Made by a program: the position numbers and the translations under genes
Part shown: positions 11,789 through 23,024 of the stretch, piece after piece
Layout of the letters: every line of letters starts with the position of its first letter
How positions within the stretch are numbered: position 1 is the first letter of the stretch
The notes under the pieces: model-generated
Seen by the model: only the letters and a program-made list of their open reading frames with translations
Told to the model about the DNA's origin: nothing
Databases searched by the model: none
From: Chiloscyllium plagiosum
Lineage: Eukaryota
NCBI RefSeq assembly: GCF_004010195.1
Contig: NC_057719.1
Coordinates: 422,288 to 458,963, forward strand
DNA: 36,676 nucleotides
Direction of reading: 5' to 3'

Positions 11789-13534
11789 AACATAGAACAT
11801 AGAACATTACAGCGCAGTACAGGCCCTTCGGCCTTTGGATGTTGCGCCAACGTGTCATACCAATCTGAAGCCCATCTAACCTACACTATTCCATGTACGT
11901 CCATATGCTTATCCAATGACGACTTACATGTACTTAAAGTTGGCAAATCTACTACCATTGCGGGCAAAGCATTCCATACTCTTACCACTCTCTGAGTAAA
12001 GAAACTACCTCTGACATCTGTCCTATATCTATCACCCCTCAATTTAAAGCTATGCCCCCTCGTGCTCGCCGTCACCATACTTGGAAAAAGGCTCTCTCTG
12101 TCCACCCTATCTAACCCTCTGATTATCTTATATGTCTCTATTAAGTCACCTCTCAACCTTCTTCTCTCTAACGAAAACAGTCTCAAGTCCCTCAGCCTTT
12201 CCTCGTAAGACCTTCCCTCCATACCAGGCAAAATCCTAGTAAATCTCCTCTGCACCCTTTCCAAAGCTTCCACATCCTTCTTGTAATGCGGTGACCAGAA
12301 CAATACTCCATGTGCGGCCGCACTAGAATTTTGTACAGCCGTAGCATAACCTCATGGTCCCGGAACTTGATCCCTCTATTAATAAAAGCTAAAACACTGT
12401 ATGCCTTCTTAACAACCCTACCAACCTGGGTAAAAACAATGACTGCAGATGTTGGAAACCAGATTTTGGATTAGTGGTGCTGGAAGAGCACAGCAGTTCA
12501 GGCAGCATCCGAGGAGCAGCAAAATCGACGTTTCAGGCAAAGGCCCTTCATCAGAAATAAAGGCAGAGGCACCCTTTCCAAAGCTTCCACATCCTTCTTA
12601 TAATACGGTGACCAGAACTGTACATAATTCTCCAAGTGCGGCCGCACCAGAGTTTTGTACTGCTGTAGCATAACCTCATGGTTCCGGAACTCGATCCCTC
12701 TATTAATAAAAGCTAAAACACTGTATGCCTTCTTAACAACCCTGTCAACCTGGGTGGCAACTTTCAAGGATCTGTGTACCTGGACACCGAGATCTCTCTG
12801 CTCCTCTACACTACCAAGAATCTTACCATTAGCCCAGTACTTTGCATTCCGGTTACTCCGACCAAAGTGAATCACCTCACACTTGTCAGCATTAAACTCC
12901 ATTGGCCACCTCTCAGCCCAGCTCTGCAGCTTATCTACGTCTCTCTGTAACCTACTACATCCTTCGTCTCTATCCACAACTCCACCGACATTAGTGTCGT
13001 CTGCAAATTTACTAACCCACCCTTCTATGCCCTCATCCAGGTCGTTTATAAAAATTACGAACAGCAGTGGACCCAACACCGACCCTTGCGGTATACCACT
13101 GGTAACTGGACTCCAGGATGAACATTTCCCATCAACCACCCCTCTCTGTCTTCTTTCAGCAAGCTAATTACTGATCCAAACTGCTTTATCGCCCACAATC
13201 CCATTCCTCCGCATTTTGTACAACAGCCTACTGTGGGGAACCTTATCGAATGCTTTGCTGAAATCCGTATACACCACATCAACTGGTTTACTCTCATCTA
13301 TCTGTTTGGTCACCTTCTCAAAGAACTCAATAAGGTTTGTGAGGCACGACCTACCCTTCACAAAACCATGCTGACTATCCCTAATCAAATTATTCTTTTC
13401 TCGATGATTATAAATCCTATCTCTTATAACCTCTTCCAACACTTTACCAACAACTGAAGTAAGGCTCACTGGTCTATAATTTCCTGGATTGTCTCTACTC
13501 CCCTTCTTGAACAGGGGAACCACATTTGCTATCC
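11789..13534 (-). mobile_element. CR1 LINE, 5'-truncated ORF2 plus 3' UTR, interrupted at 12432-12568 by a Penelope module
   Basis: GNYRPVSLTSVVGK, DFSKAFDKVPH, PQGSVLGPLLF, FADDT; (catagaa)n tail at 11789-11805. Confidence 0.94.
12432..12568 (-). mobile_element. Short Penelope pLTR module with intact minimal hammerhead core (12527-12554)
   Basis: Reverse complement reads CTGATGA-a-gggc-cttt-gcct-GAAACGTC. Confidence 0.75.
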
Positions 13535-14039
13535 TTTGTTGGATATATCTTAATGATCAATAATTAACATTAGTGAGGCAGCCTTCATTATAAAACCATG
13601 GGCCCTAGTTAGCTCACAGGACTTGTGTGGCAAGGTAGAACTACTGATACATTCCAGAAGAAACCCCCTTGCCTAACAAACCCTACTCATTATTTATGAG
13701 AAAGTTGTCTTTTAAAGAAATCTCAGATATAATAAGCTGACTACCTCGTAGTGGTATAATTTTCCTTTACATGCATTTTCCATTTTACCGCAATCTAAAT
13801 CAATGTTGTTATAGGTTGGCATATAGTACTTGTTTACTTTGGCTCTATTCTTGTTAAGAGTCAACTTGTAAAGATGCCAGAGTGAAATGCGCCCAAACAG
13901 CCTCAAATAAAACAATATACAAACGCCCATATTAAAACGCACTCATTTTTTCTGATGTGAGCTCTCAATCCTTCGGAATGTGGGCGATGCTAGTATTCAG
14001 AGGGAACTGGACTTCCTAGAGCAAGTGACACAAGTTCAA

Positions 14040-14860
14040 TGTATGTGTGTGCATGTGCGTGTGTGAGTGTGTGTGTGCATGCGTGTATGTGTGTACGTGC
14101 ACACGTGTCTGTGTGTGAATTCGTGTGTGTGCATGTGTGTCTGTATGAATGTATGCGTGTGAGTGCTTGTGTGTGTAAAGGTGTATGTGTGATGTGTGCT
14201 TGCGCACGTGTATATGTGTGCACGCATGTGTATGAATGTGTGTATGTGTGTGTGTTCATGTATGTGTGCGTACGTGTGTGTCTGTGTGTATGCTATTGTG
14301 TGTCTATGTGTGCGCACACGTGTGTGTGCATCTGTGCGCGCGCATGTATCTGTATGCGCATGTGTTTGTGTGTGTATCTTGTGTGCGTGTGTGTATGCAC
14401 ATGTGTGTGTCTGTGCATGTGTGCGCTTGAGTGTATGTATGCGCGTGTGTGTCTGTGTGTGTAACTGTGTGTGTATGCAAGTGTGTGTGCATGCGTCTGT
14501 GTGTGTATGCACGTGTGTACATGTGTGTGTCCATGTCTGTGTATGCGCGTGTATGTGTGTATGTGCGCGTGCATGTGTGTGTATGCGTGTCTGATACAGA
14601 GAGAGACAGAGATAGGACGATAAAGGAATTGCTGATGATTAGCTGATAGAGAAATGTCTGCTGGGTAGGGTGCCAAGTGTGGGCGTGTGTGTGTGTATGT
14701 GTGTGTGCGCATGTGGGTGTGTGTGTATGCGTGTATGTGTGTATGTGCGCGTGCATGTGTGTGTATGCGTGTCTGATACAGAGAGAGAGAAAGAGATAGG
14801 ACGATAAAGGAATTGTTGATGATAAGCTGATGGAAAAATGTCTGCTGGGTAGGGTGCCAA
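14040..14860. repeat. Cryptic (TG)n/(CA)n microsatellite with a ~180-bp-period duplication of its right flank
   Basis: Degenerate TG run; ctgatacagagag...ctgggtagggtgccaa occurs at about 14591-14676 and 14773-14860. Confidence 0.9.
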
Positions 14861-14864
14861 TGAC

Positions 14865-15340
14865 ATGCAATTCTGGTCTCCTTCCTATCGGAAAGATGTT
14901 GTGAAACTTGAAAGGGTTCAGAAAAGATTTACAAGGATGTTGCCAGGGTTGGAGAATTTGAGCTATAGGGAGAGGCTGAACAGTTTGGGGCTGTTTTCCC
15001 TGGAGCGTCGGAGGCTGAGGGGTGACCTTATAGAGATTTACAAAATTATGAGAGGCATAGATAGGGTAAATAGGCAAAGTCTTTTCCCTGGGGTCGGGGA
15101 GTCCAGAACTAAAGGGTATAGGTTCAGGGTGAGAGGGGAAAATATAAGAGACTTAAGGGGCAACTTTTTCACACAGAGAGTGATACGGGTATGGAATGAG
15201 CTGCCAGAGGAAGTAGGTTTGGAGCAATATGGGCCGGGTGCTGGCAGGTGGGACTAGATTGGGTTGGGATATCTGGTCGGCATGGACAGGTTGGACCGAA
15301 GGGTCTGTTTCCATGCTATACATCTCTATGACGCTATGAC
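14865..15340 (+). mobile_element. CR1 3' end
   Basis: ORF 14865-15257 QFWSPSYRKDVVKLERVQKRFTRMLPG. Confidence 0.9.
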
Positions 15341-15449
15341 AAGTGTAAATATTTGAAAATGGGTTGTCTTGCTGGGAGCAACCCATACAACACATGACCT
15401 AGGGGAGTGGGAGAAGAATAATGAACAGAGAGGATGGTGTTCACATTCC

Positions 15450-15596
15450 AAATTTGTTAAGCTCAATGTTGAGACCTGAAGGCTGTGAGGTACCAAGGCC
15501 GAAGATGAGGTGCCTTGTTGGAGCACTGCAGCAAGCCTGAAACAGAGCTGTTACCCAAGGAACATGGTGGTGTGTTGAAGTACCAGGCAACTGGAA
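15450..15596 (-). mobile_element. Degenerate Penelope GIY-YIG C-terminal fragment
   Basis: Reverse complement translates to HLIFGLGTSQPSGLNIELNKF-like. Confidence 0.55.
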
Positions 15597-15819
15597 AAGG
15601 TGGATGCTAGGAAATTGTTTCCGTTAGACGAGGAGACTAGGACCCGTGGACACAGCCTTAGAATTAGAGGGGGTCATTTCAGAACAGAAATGCGGAGACA
15701 TTTCTTCAGCCAGAGAGTGGTGGGCCTGTGGAATTCATTGCCACGGAGTGCAGTGGAAGCCAGGACGCTAAATGTCTTCAAGGCCGAGATTGATAGATTC
15801 TTGTTGTCTAGAGGAATTA
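15597..15819 (+). mobile_element. CR1 3' fragment truncated by the gap
   Basis: LFPLDEETRTRGHSLRIRGGHFRTEMRRHFFSQRVVGLWNSLP. Confidence 0.88.
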
Positions 15820-16319
15820 NNNNNNNNNNNNNNNNNNNNNNNNNNNNNNNNNNNNNNNNNNNNNNNNNNNNNNNNNNNNNNNNNNNNNNNNNNNNNNNNN
15901 NNNNNNNNNNNNNNNNNNNNNNNNNNNNNNNNNNNNNNNNNNNNNNNNNNNNNNNNNNNNNNNNNNNNNNNNNNNNNNNNNNNNNNNNNNNNNNNNNNNN
16001 NNNNNNNNNNNNNNNNNNNNNNNNNNNNNNNNNNNNNNNNNNNNNNNNNNNNNNNNNNNNNNNNNNNNNNNNNNNNNNNNNNNNNNNNNNNNNNNNNNNN
16101 NNNNNNNNNNNNNNNNNNNNNNNNNNNNNNNNNNNNNNNNNNNNNNNNNNNNNNNNNNNNNNNNNNNNNNNNNNNNNNNNNNNNNNNNNNNNNNNNNNNN
16201 NNNNNNNNNNNNNNNNNNNNNNNNNNNNNNNNNNNNNNNNNNNNNNNNNNNNNNNNNNNNNNNNNNNNNNNNNNNNNNNNNNNNNNNNNNNNNNNNNNNN
16301 NNNNNNNNNNNNNNNNNNN
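15820..16319. other. Assembly gap, exactly 500 N
   Basis: Round-number N run typical of a placeholder scaffolding join of unknown size. Confidence 0.98.
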
Positions 16320-16440
16320 AATTATAGAGAGAACAAAGTGACCTGACATCAGAAATAGAACAATGCTGCCCTCTGCTGTCAGATGAAGTGATCTGCCCCT
16401 GGATTATAGGGGCTTTCAGGAGAAGGGGCCCTATACCCTC

Positions 16441-17671
16441 TCAGCCCCTTCGGGTGAGGGAGAGGGACCCCAGACCCCAGTGAGGGTCAGCCCCTTCAGG
16501 AGGGGGGGGGGGACCCCAAACCCCAGTGAGGGTCAGCCCCTTCAGGAGAGGGAGGGGGTCCCCGTACCCCAGTGAGGGTCAGCCCCTTCAGGAGAGGGGG
16601 GGGGACCCCAAACCCCAGTGAGGGTCAGCCCCTTCAGGAGAGGGAGGGGGTCCCCGTACCCCAGTGAGGGTCAGCCCCTTCAGGAGAGGGAGGGAGACCC
16701 CGTACCCCAGTGAGAGTCAGCCCCTTCAGGAGAGGGGGGGGGGTCCCCATACCCCAGTGAGGGTCAGCCCCTTCAGGAGAGGGAGGGGGTCCCCGTACCC
16801 CAGTGAGAGCAGCCCCTTCAGGAGAGGGAGGGGGTCCCCGTACCCCAGTGAGGGTCAGCACCTTCAGGAGAGGGAGGGAGACCCCGTACCCCAGTGAGAG
16901 CAGCCCCTTCAGGAGAGGGAGGGGGTCCCCGTACCCCAGTGAGAGCAGCCCCTTCAGGAGAGGGAGGGGGACCCCAAACCCCAGTNNNNNNNNNNNNNNN
17001 NNNNNNNNNNNNNNNNNNNNNNNNNNNNNNNNNNNNNNNNNNCCCCGTACCCCAGTGAGGGTCAGCCCCTTCAGGAGAGGGAGGGGGTCCCCGTACCCCA
17101 GTGAGGGTCAGCCCCTTCAGGAGAGGGAGGGGGTCCCCGTACCCCAGTGAGGGTCAGCCCCTTCAGGAGAGGGAGGGGGTCCCCGTACCCCAGTGAGGGT
17201 CAGCCCCTTCAGGAGAGGGAGGGGGTCCCCGTACCCCAGTGAGGGTCAGCCCCTTCAGGAGAGGGAGGGGGTCCCCGTACCCCAGTGAGGGTCAGCCCCT
17301 TCAGGAGAGGGAGGGGGTCCCCGTACCCCAGTGAGAGCAGCCCCTTCAGGAGAGGGAGGGGGTCCCCGTACCCCAGTGAGGGTCAGCCCCTTCAGGAGAG
17401 GGAGGGCGTCCCCGTACCCCAGTGAGGGTCAGCCCCTTCAGGAGAGGGGGGGGACCCCAGACCCCAGTGAGGGTCAGCCCCTTCGGGAGAGGGAGGGAGA
17501 CCCCGTACCCCAGTGTGAGTCAGCCCCTTCAGGAGAGGGAGGGGGTCCCCGTACCCCAGTGAGGGTCAGCCCCTTTAGGAGAGGGAGGGGGACCCCAGAC
17601 CCCAGTGAGGGTCAGCCCCTTCGGGAGAGGGAGGGAGACCCCGTACCCCAGTGAGAGTCAGCCCCTTCAGG
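16441..17671. repeat. GC-rich 46-bp minisatellite (ccccgtaccccagtgagggtcagccccttcaggagagggagggggt)n with an internal 57-N gap at 16986-17042
   Basis: Direct period-46 repetition, e.g. units starting at 17043 and 17089; about 25 visible units. Confidence 0.95.
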
Positions 17672-17744
17672 ATGTTCAGGGGAGAAGTGAAGTGGAGTAG
17701 TATTCTGATTGCAGTAGTTTGGTGGAGAGTGTTCATTGCTGTAC

Positions 17745-17870
17745 CTTCTGTTGAGTCCGGGCCTCACTGTGAGTTTTGCTGCATTGCTTTAGCAGCTTCT
17801 CCACCCCGTGAAGTCCATTCGTTATGGATACAATTCTGTGGCTCAGGTCCTGCCTTGGGCCGGCCTCCAG
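17745..17870 (-). CDS. SYNE2: Nesprin-2-like internal exon F (LEAGPRQDLSHRIVSITNGLHGVEKLLKQCSKTHSEARTQQK)
   Basis: ttccttgttag|CTG acceptor, AAG|gtacag donor; 126 bp, phase 0 to 0. Resembles human RKIEEINNGLHNVEKMLQQKSKNIEKAQEIQK. Confidence 0.87.
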
Positions 17871-18189
17871 CTAACAAGGAAATCCAAAAAAGGTCACCTT
17901 GGAGCTGACTGATGTGTCTTGCCGCGCTCCATGCTCCCCCATTTGTTCTGACAATGCTCCCTGACACATTATAGTCTTCAGAACCAACATGGGTTAGTCT
18001 CATGTTATAATGTCATTACCAGCTCTGAGAGTGTCAGGGATCATAAACTTTCAAATAGTTTTAATTGTGAAAGAATAAGTAGTAAACAAGTGTCCAACTG
18101 GGAATACTTTACTGGATGGGTGCAACTCCAACATTCAGGAAGGTGACACCATCCAGGACAAAGCAGCCACTTGACTGACACTACATTAG

Positions 18190-18515
18190 CAGAGGAGGGA
18201 ATGGCCTAGTGGTATTATCACTACACTATTAATCCTGAGAGTTAGGTACCATTTTAGGGACCCAAGTTCAAATCCTGCCACAGCATATGGTATAGTTTAA
18301 ACTTAACTAAAATCTGGAAGGAAGAGCCCAATGATGGCTGTGAATTAATTTTGGGGGGGAAATCCCATCTGGTTCACTCATGTCCCTGAAGGAAGAAATC
18401 TATCATCCTTACCTGGTCTGACCTACACATGATTCCAGACTCACAGCAATGTGGCTGACTTTTAATTGCCCTGTGGCTTGGCCGTGACACCCTCATCATG
18501 TGAATTAATTTTTTA
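18190..18515 (+). mobile_element. Deu-type (SacSINE1-like) SINE
   Basis: tRNA-like boxes tggcctagtggta / gttcaaatcc, then cccatctggttcact...tgtggctgacttttaattgccct. Confidence 0.65.
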
Positions 18516-18519
18516 AAAA

Positions 18520-18899
18520 TCTATATTCACTCCCCCCAGCACAAACGCTCAGTAGCAGCAGTGTGTACCATCTACAAGGTGCACTGCAGAAACTCACCAA
18601 AGATCCTCAGACAGCACCTTCCAAACCCACGGCCACTTCCATCGAGAAGGATAAGGGCAGGAGATACATGGGAACACCAGCCCCTGCAAGTTCCCCTCCA
18701 AGTGCCTCACCATCCTGACTTGGAAATATATCATCGTTCCTTCAGTGTCACTGGATCAAAATCCTGGAATTCCCTCCCTCTGGGCATTGTGACTTTACCT
18801 ACAGCACAGGGACTGCAGCGGGTCAAGAAGGCAGCTCACTCCCACCTTCTCAAGGGCAACTAAGGATGGGCAATAAATGCTGGGCCCAGCCAGTGATGT
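18520..18899 (+). mobile_element. L2/CR1-group LINE 3' end sharing its tail with the Deu-type SINE
   Basis: CTIYKVHCRNSPKILRQHLP...SKSWNSLP; tail gggcaactaaggatgggcaataaatgctgg, also seen at SINE ends. Confidence 0.6.
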
Positions 18900-19014
18900 T
18901 GAAGGGCTTTTGCCCGAAATGTCGATTTTTCCTGCTCCTCGGATGCTGCCTGACCTGCTGCGCTTTTCCAGCACCACTCTGATCTTGACTCTGATCTCCA
19001 GTAACTGCACTTCT
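18900..19014 (+). mobile_element. Short Penelope pLTR module with 16-bp TSD
   Basis: gcccagccagtgatgt at 18884-18899 and 19015-19030; internal gaagggcttttgcccgaaatgtcga. Confidence 0.8.
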
Positions 19015-19248
19015 GCCCAGCCAGTGATGTCAGAGGTCAAAGGGTTGAAATCCAAGACAAGAACATTAAGCAGTTGATTCTGGTGAATGTATAACATCAG
19101 GGAAACAGATTTATTTCATTCCTGTTAATGGTTGGGATCTTGCTATACATAAAGTGGTCATCCAAACCGTGATGACATTCCATCAAGTGCGTCACTGACA
19201 TCGAAGATGGTGAACAGAAGAAAGCTGCTGGAGAAATTAAAGCCTCAC

Positions 19249-19398
19249 CTTAGCTCCCATGTCTGTCAGTGCGGCGCTGGTCTTCTGGATGCGAGTGGCG
19301 ATCTCTGAGGGAACATCCTGCTCTGAGTACCTGCTCTGCAGCTGGCCGCTAAGTTCTGCCATTGTCTGGCGCCGGGCACTTACCCCTGCTCGGAGTTG
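19249..19398 (-). CDS. SYNE2: Nesprin-2-like internal exon E (QLRAGVSARRQTMAELSGQLQSRYSEQDVPSEIATRIQKTSAALTDMGAK)
   Basis: cccatag|CAA acceptor, AAG|gtgagg donor; 150 bp, phase 0 to 0. Resembles human KLRIKYSEMYTIVPAEIESQVEECRKALEDIDEK. Not in the supplied ORF track. Confidence 0.85.
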
Positions 19399-19709
19399 CT
19401 ATGGGCAACAGAGTAGAATGAATACGTGTGCCCCCCCGGGGCAGTCAGGTCTATGCTTTCAAACAAAACCACACAGGGGTTCACACAAAACCAGAAACCA
19501 CCTGAAGATCCACACTCATCAAGCACAGGAGGCTATAGGGACTAATCAGGGTCAACCATGGATTACATTGAGCTCCTAATTCACACATTTGTATGTGACT
19601 GTGCCAGACGTTTGAGGGAGCTCCCCTTTCACTGGTCTTCCCTGGTGTTTTTCCATGCCCCTGGTAGTTTTCACTTGCCAAGTATTTATAAAACCATATA
19701 ACCCCTCCA

Positions 19710-19945
19710 TTGTAGAAGCAGGCCTTTCAGCCCTTCAAGTCCACACTGACCTTCTGAAGATCATCCCACCCAGACCTAGACCCATCTTTCATGGCTAACC
19801 CGCCTAGCCTGCACATCCTTGGGCACTGTCAAACCCACACAGACACGGGGAGAACATGCAAACTCCACATAGACAGTCACCTGAGGCTGGAATCGAACCC
19901 AGGTCCCGTGAGGTAGCTGTGCTATCCACTGACCCACTGTGTCAT
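19710..19945 (-). mobile_element. HE1-type SINE
   Basis: Homologous to 10766-11065. Confidence 0.72.
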
Positions 19946-21829
19946 CCCAGCTTCCAAAATTCCTTTCCAAACATTGCTGTTGTATGTTTCAGGTGCTCTA
20001 TTTTGGCAGTAAGGATACAGAGGGTTAACATAGACAATGTGCTGGAATGGGACCTGGGAGTGCATGTTTGAAAGTATTGCAACATGAAGGGTGTTTCAGG
20101 AAGCATGGCCCTCTGAGATATAGAGATAGACAAACGCCAAGAGGAAACACTGATGCTTTGTGAAGCCCTGGATATAAACCACAACCAGGGCGTGTGTCCA
20201 GCGCTGGGCACCGCACTTTCAGAGAGATGCTCACATCCTTCAAAAGGTTCTCGAAGGGATTTACAAAAATGATTATGGGGACAAAGGATTTTAGTCACAA
20301 TGCAAATATAGAAACGTAGCAGCAACAGGCCACTCGGCCCTTCAATCCTGCCTCACTATTCCAATATGATCATGGCTGATCAGCCCCCATACCCTATGAT
20401 CCCTTTAGTCCTAAGAACTATACCAAACTACTTCCTGAAACAGTCAATGTTTGGCCTCAACTGCTTTCTCTAACAGAGAATTCCACAGGGTCCTCACTCT
20501 CTGGGTGAAGACATTTCTCCTCATCCCTGTCCGAAATGGCCCACCCCAAATCCTTAGAACGCGACCCCCCTGGGTCTTGACTCTCTGGTCATTAGAACAT
20601 CCTTCCTGCCTTTACCCTATCCAGCCCTATTAGCATTTATAGGTTTCTATGAGATCCCCTTGTAAATGCCAGTGGATGACTGACCCAGTCCCTGAGTCAT
20701 CGCCATCCAGTAGGTACATCAGAACAGCACCACCTGCAAGCTCCCACCCAAATCCTGCAACTTCCTCCTTCAGGGCATTGTGAGTGCCCCCTACACCAAA
20801 TGGTTGAAGTCAACTACCACCTTAGCAAGGAGCAATTAGGGACAGGCAGTTAATACTGGTCCAGTAACAATGAAAAGTAATTGCTGACGGTACAAGATCG
20901 AGAGAGACACGGAGTTAAGGTTTTGAGCAAGAGATGTGTGGGATGTGAAGAAGGACATTCTTACACTGCACCTGGTAATGACCAGCTCTCACTGCCCAGG
21001 AGGTTGGGCTGGGAGGGGAGCAGGCAGCACTGAACAATTCCAAAAGGAAACTGACCAAATACTGGAGGGAAATAATCCTGTGGGAGGGGGATGCAGGGGA
21101 ATTAATAATCCTGTGGGGGGGGAGGGGGCAAGTGCAGGGGAATTGATAATCCTGTGGGGAGTGTGGGAGGTAGTGCAGTACAATTGGTTCGATTGCTACA
21201 TGGCAAACTAGTAGGGACTCAATGACCTGAATGGCCTCCTTCAGTGGTGTGTGTGTGTGTGTGTAACCTCACCCATCGTCCTTTTCGGCAGCACGTTCCG
21301 AATCACAACAACTCGCTCTGTAAAAGAACCTCTCATCTCCAGCTCAGGATCTTTCACCTATTGTCTTGAATCCACTGTTACTGACCCTGGAAACAGTCTC
21401 TCCTTGTTTACTCTATCACTTTCTCTTCAAATGTATTTAATGGAAAAGAAGCCTCAGTTTCTGGTCTTTTTATTTGAAAGCTAAAGACAATGGGGCAAAG
21501 AGAACTAAAAACCATTGATTGATATGCACAGCTTGCAGCTGAACCTACTCGGTGTATTCATCAGTCTGAATATTAAAAACACAGCACTCCTGCTCAAATT
21601 CCACTTCACCTCCACTGCACAAAACCAACACATTCAGCTTCTGTTCCAAATTCACTGAATGCAATGATGATCTTTGAAAGGCCAGTTACAAGAGATGGCT
21701 GTTCAGGCAAAGCATTCGAACAGCAGGTCAGCTGTATGGCCTCTATAAATAACTCGATCTATCAATCCTTCCAAAGCTCTCAATTCGACTCCAGCCTGGA
21801 ACCCACTCTCAAGCATCGGGTATTCACAG

Positions 21830-22530
21830 AATTGCAGAGTGGCTACAACACAAATCAGGCCATTTCGCCCATCATGCCTGTGCTGGCACATTGAAGGAAC
21901 AAACCTGAGTGTCACTCCCCTGATTTTTCCTTTACACAGTCTTCCTATCCAGATAATGGTTCAATTTCCTCATGAGTGACTCGATTGAACCTGCCTGCAC
22001 AACACTCTCAGGCAGCGCATTCCAAACTCAAACCATTCACTGGGTGAGAACGTTCCTCCTGACAGTTTCTTTTGCCAATCCACTAAACCTGGTTCTGAAT
22101 CCCTGCACCAAGGGGAACAGCATCTCCCTTATTACTCCCTTATGGTCCAGACCCCTCAATTCTGAACACCTCTGTCAGATCTCATCTCAACTTTCTCCTC
22201 TCTAACAATCTCAACGTCTCCAAACTATCCACATAACCAAAGTTCCTCATCCTGGAACCATTCTCGTGAATCTTTCCTGCACTCTCTAATGCTCTCCTAA
22301 AGTGTGACTCACAGAATTCAACACTGTAGTAAGCTGAAGGAAAACCGAAGATTTATACAGATTTAACAATTTATACAGATTCCTTTTGTTCACAAAGACA
22401 CCTATTAAAATGTTTAGGACACTGTCTCCTTTAGACACTTTCTCATCCTGCCACCTACAATGCTTTATGAAGTTGTACACCGTCTGCTCCTGCTCCCTCT
22501 TTGATACAGTGCTCTGGCTTTTATAAAGTC
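21830..22530 (-). mobile_element. Highly decayed CR1 3' region
   Basis: caggccatttcgcccatcatgcctgtgctggc...ggcagcgcattccaa...accattctcgtgaatctttcctgcac. Confidence 0.55.
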
Positions 22531-22562
22531 TCTCCATGTTCCTTTCTACCGAAAAGAATCCT

Positions 22563-22695
22563 GATTTGGAGATGCCATTGTTGGACTGGGGTAGACAAAG
22601 TTAAAAATCACACCTCACCAGGTTATACTCCAACAGGTTCATATGGAAGCACACTAGCTTTCGGAGCACTGCTCCTTCATCAGGTGGTTGTGGAC
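22563..22695 (-). mobile_element. Penelope pLTR module (second family) with intact minimal hammerhead core (22652-22686)
   Basis: Reverse complement: cac-CTGATGA-a-ggagc-agt-gctcc-GAAAGCTA-gtg. Confidence 0.75.
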
Positions 22696-23024
22696 TCACA
22701 GTTCACATCATCTCAGATTTTTCTGCATTCAATTTCACGTTTCACCTGTCTAGCCACTCCAACTACTTGCCTGTGTCCTTTTGAATTTCAATATTATCCT
22801 CCCCATCGTTCACAAGGCTTCAGAGTTTTGTATCATCTGGAAATCTTCAATTCAGGACATGTGCACCAAGGTCTGGGTCATCTACCTGTAAACCTTCCTC
22901 GAGTCCAAACACACCCATTAAACAGTCATATCTACATTGCCATGGGTAGTATTCTGACCCTAATTCTATGAGCTCTAACTCTGTTTATGAGTCTGTGTAA
23001 CATCTTATGAAATGCCATCACAAT

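Noticed and set aside
13789..13901. Possible minus-strand exon (LFGRISLWHLYKLTLNKNRAKVNKYYMPTYNNIDLDC), phase-compatible with 6492-6592
   Set aside because: Weak GAG acceptor; no resemblance to recalled NOXRED1. The LWH similarity to the next nesprin-2 exon is out of phase with exon F, and frame 0 contains stops.
13990..15077. Multiple long His/Thr- and Cys/Val-rich ORFs (also 30295-30595 and 33014-33384)
   Set aside because: Translation artefacts of (CA)n/(TG)n microsatellites.
15600..16349. Long ORFs spanning the N run
   Set aside because: Open only because N bases contain no stop codons.
21273..21317. 45-nt AG/GT-bounded segment between SYNE2 exons D and E
   Set aside because: Contains TGA in the required phase 0 and lies in a decayed CR1 3' remnant; exons D and E join well without it. 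A poison exon cannot be fully excluded.
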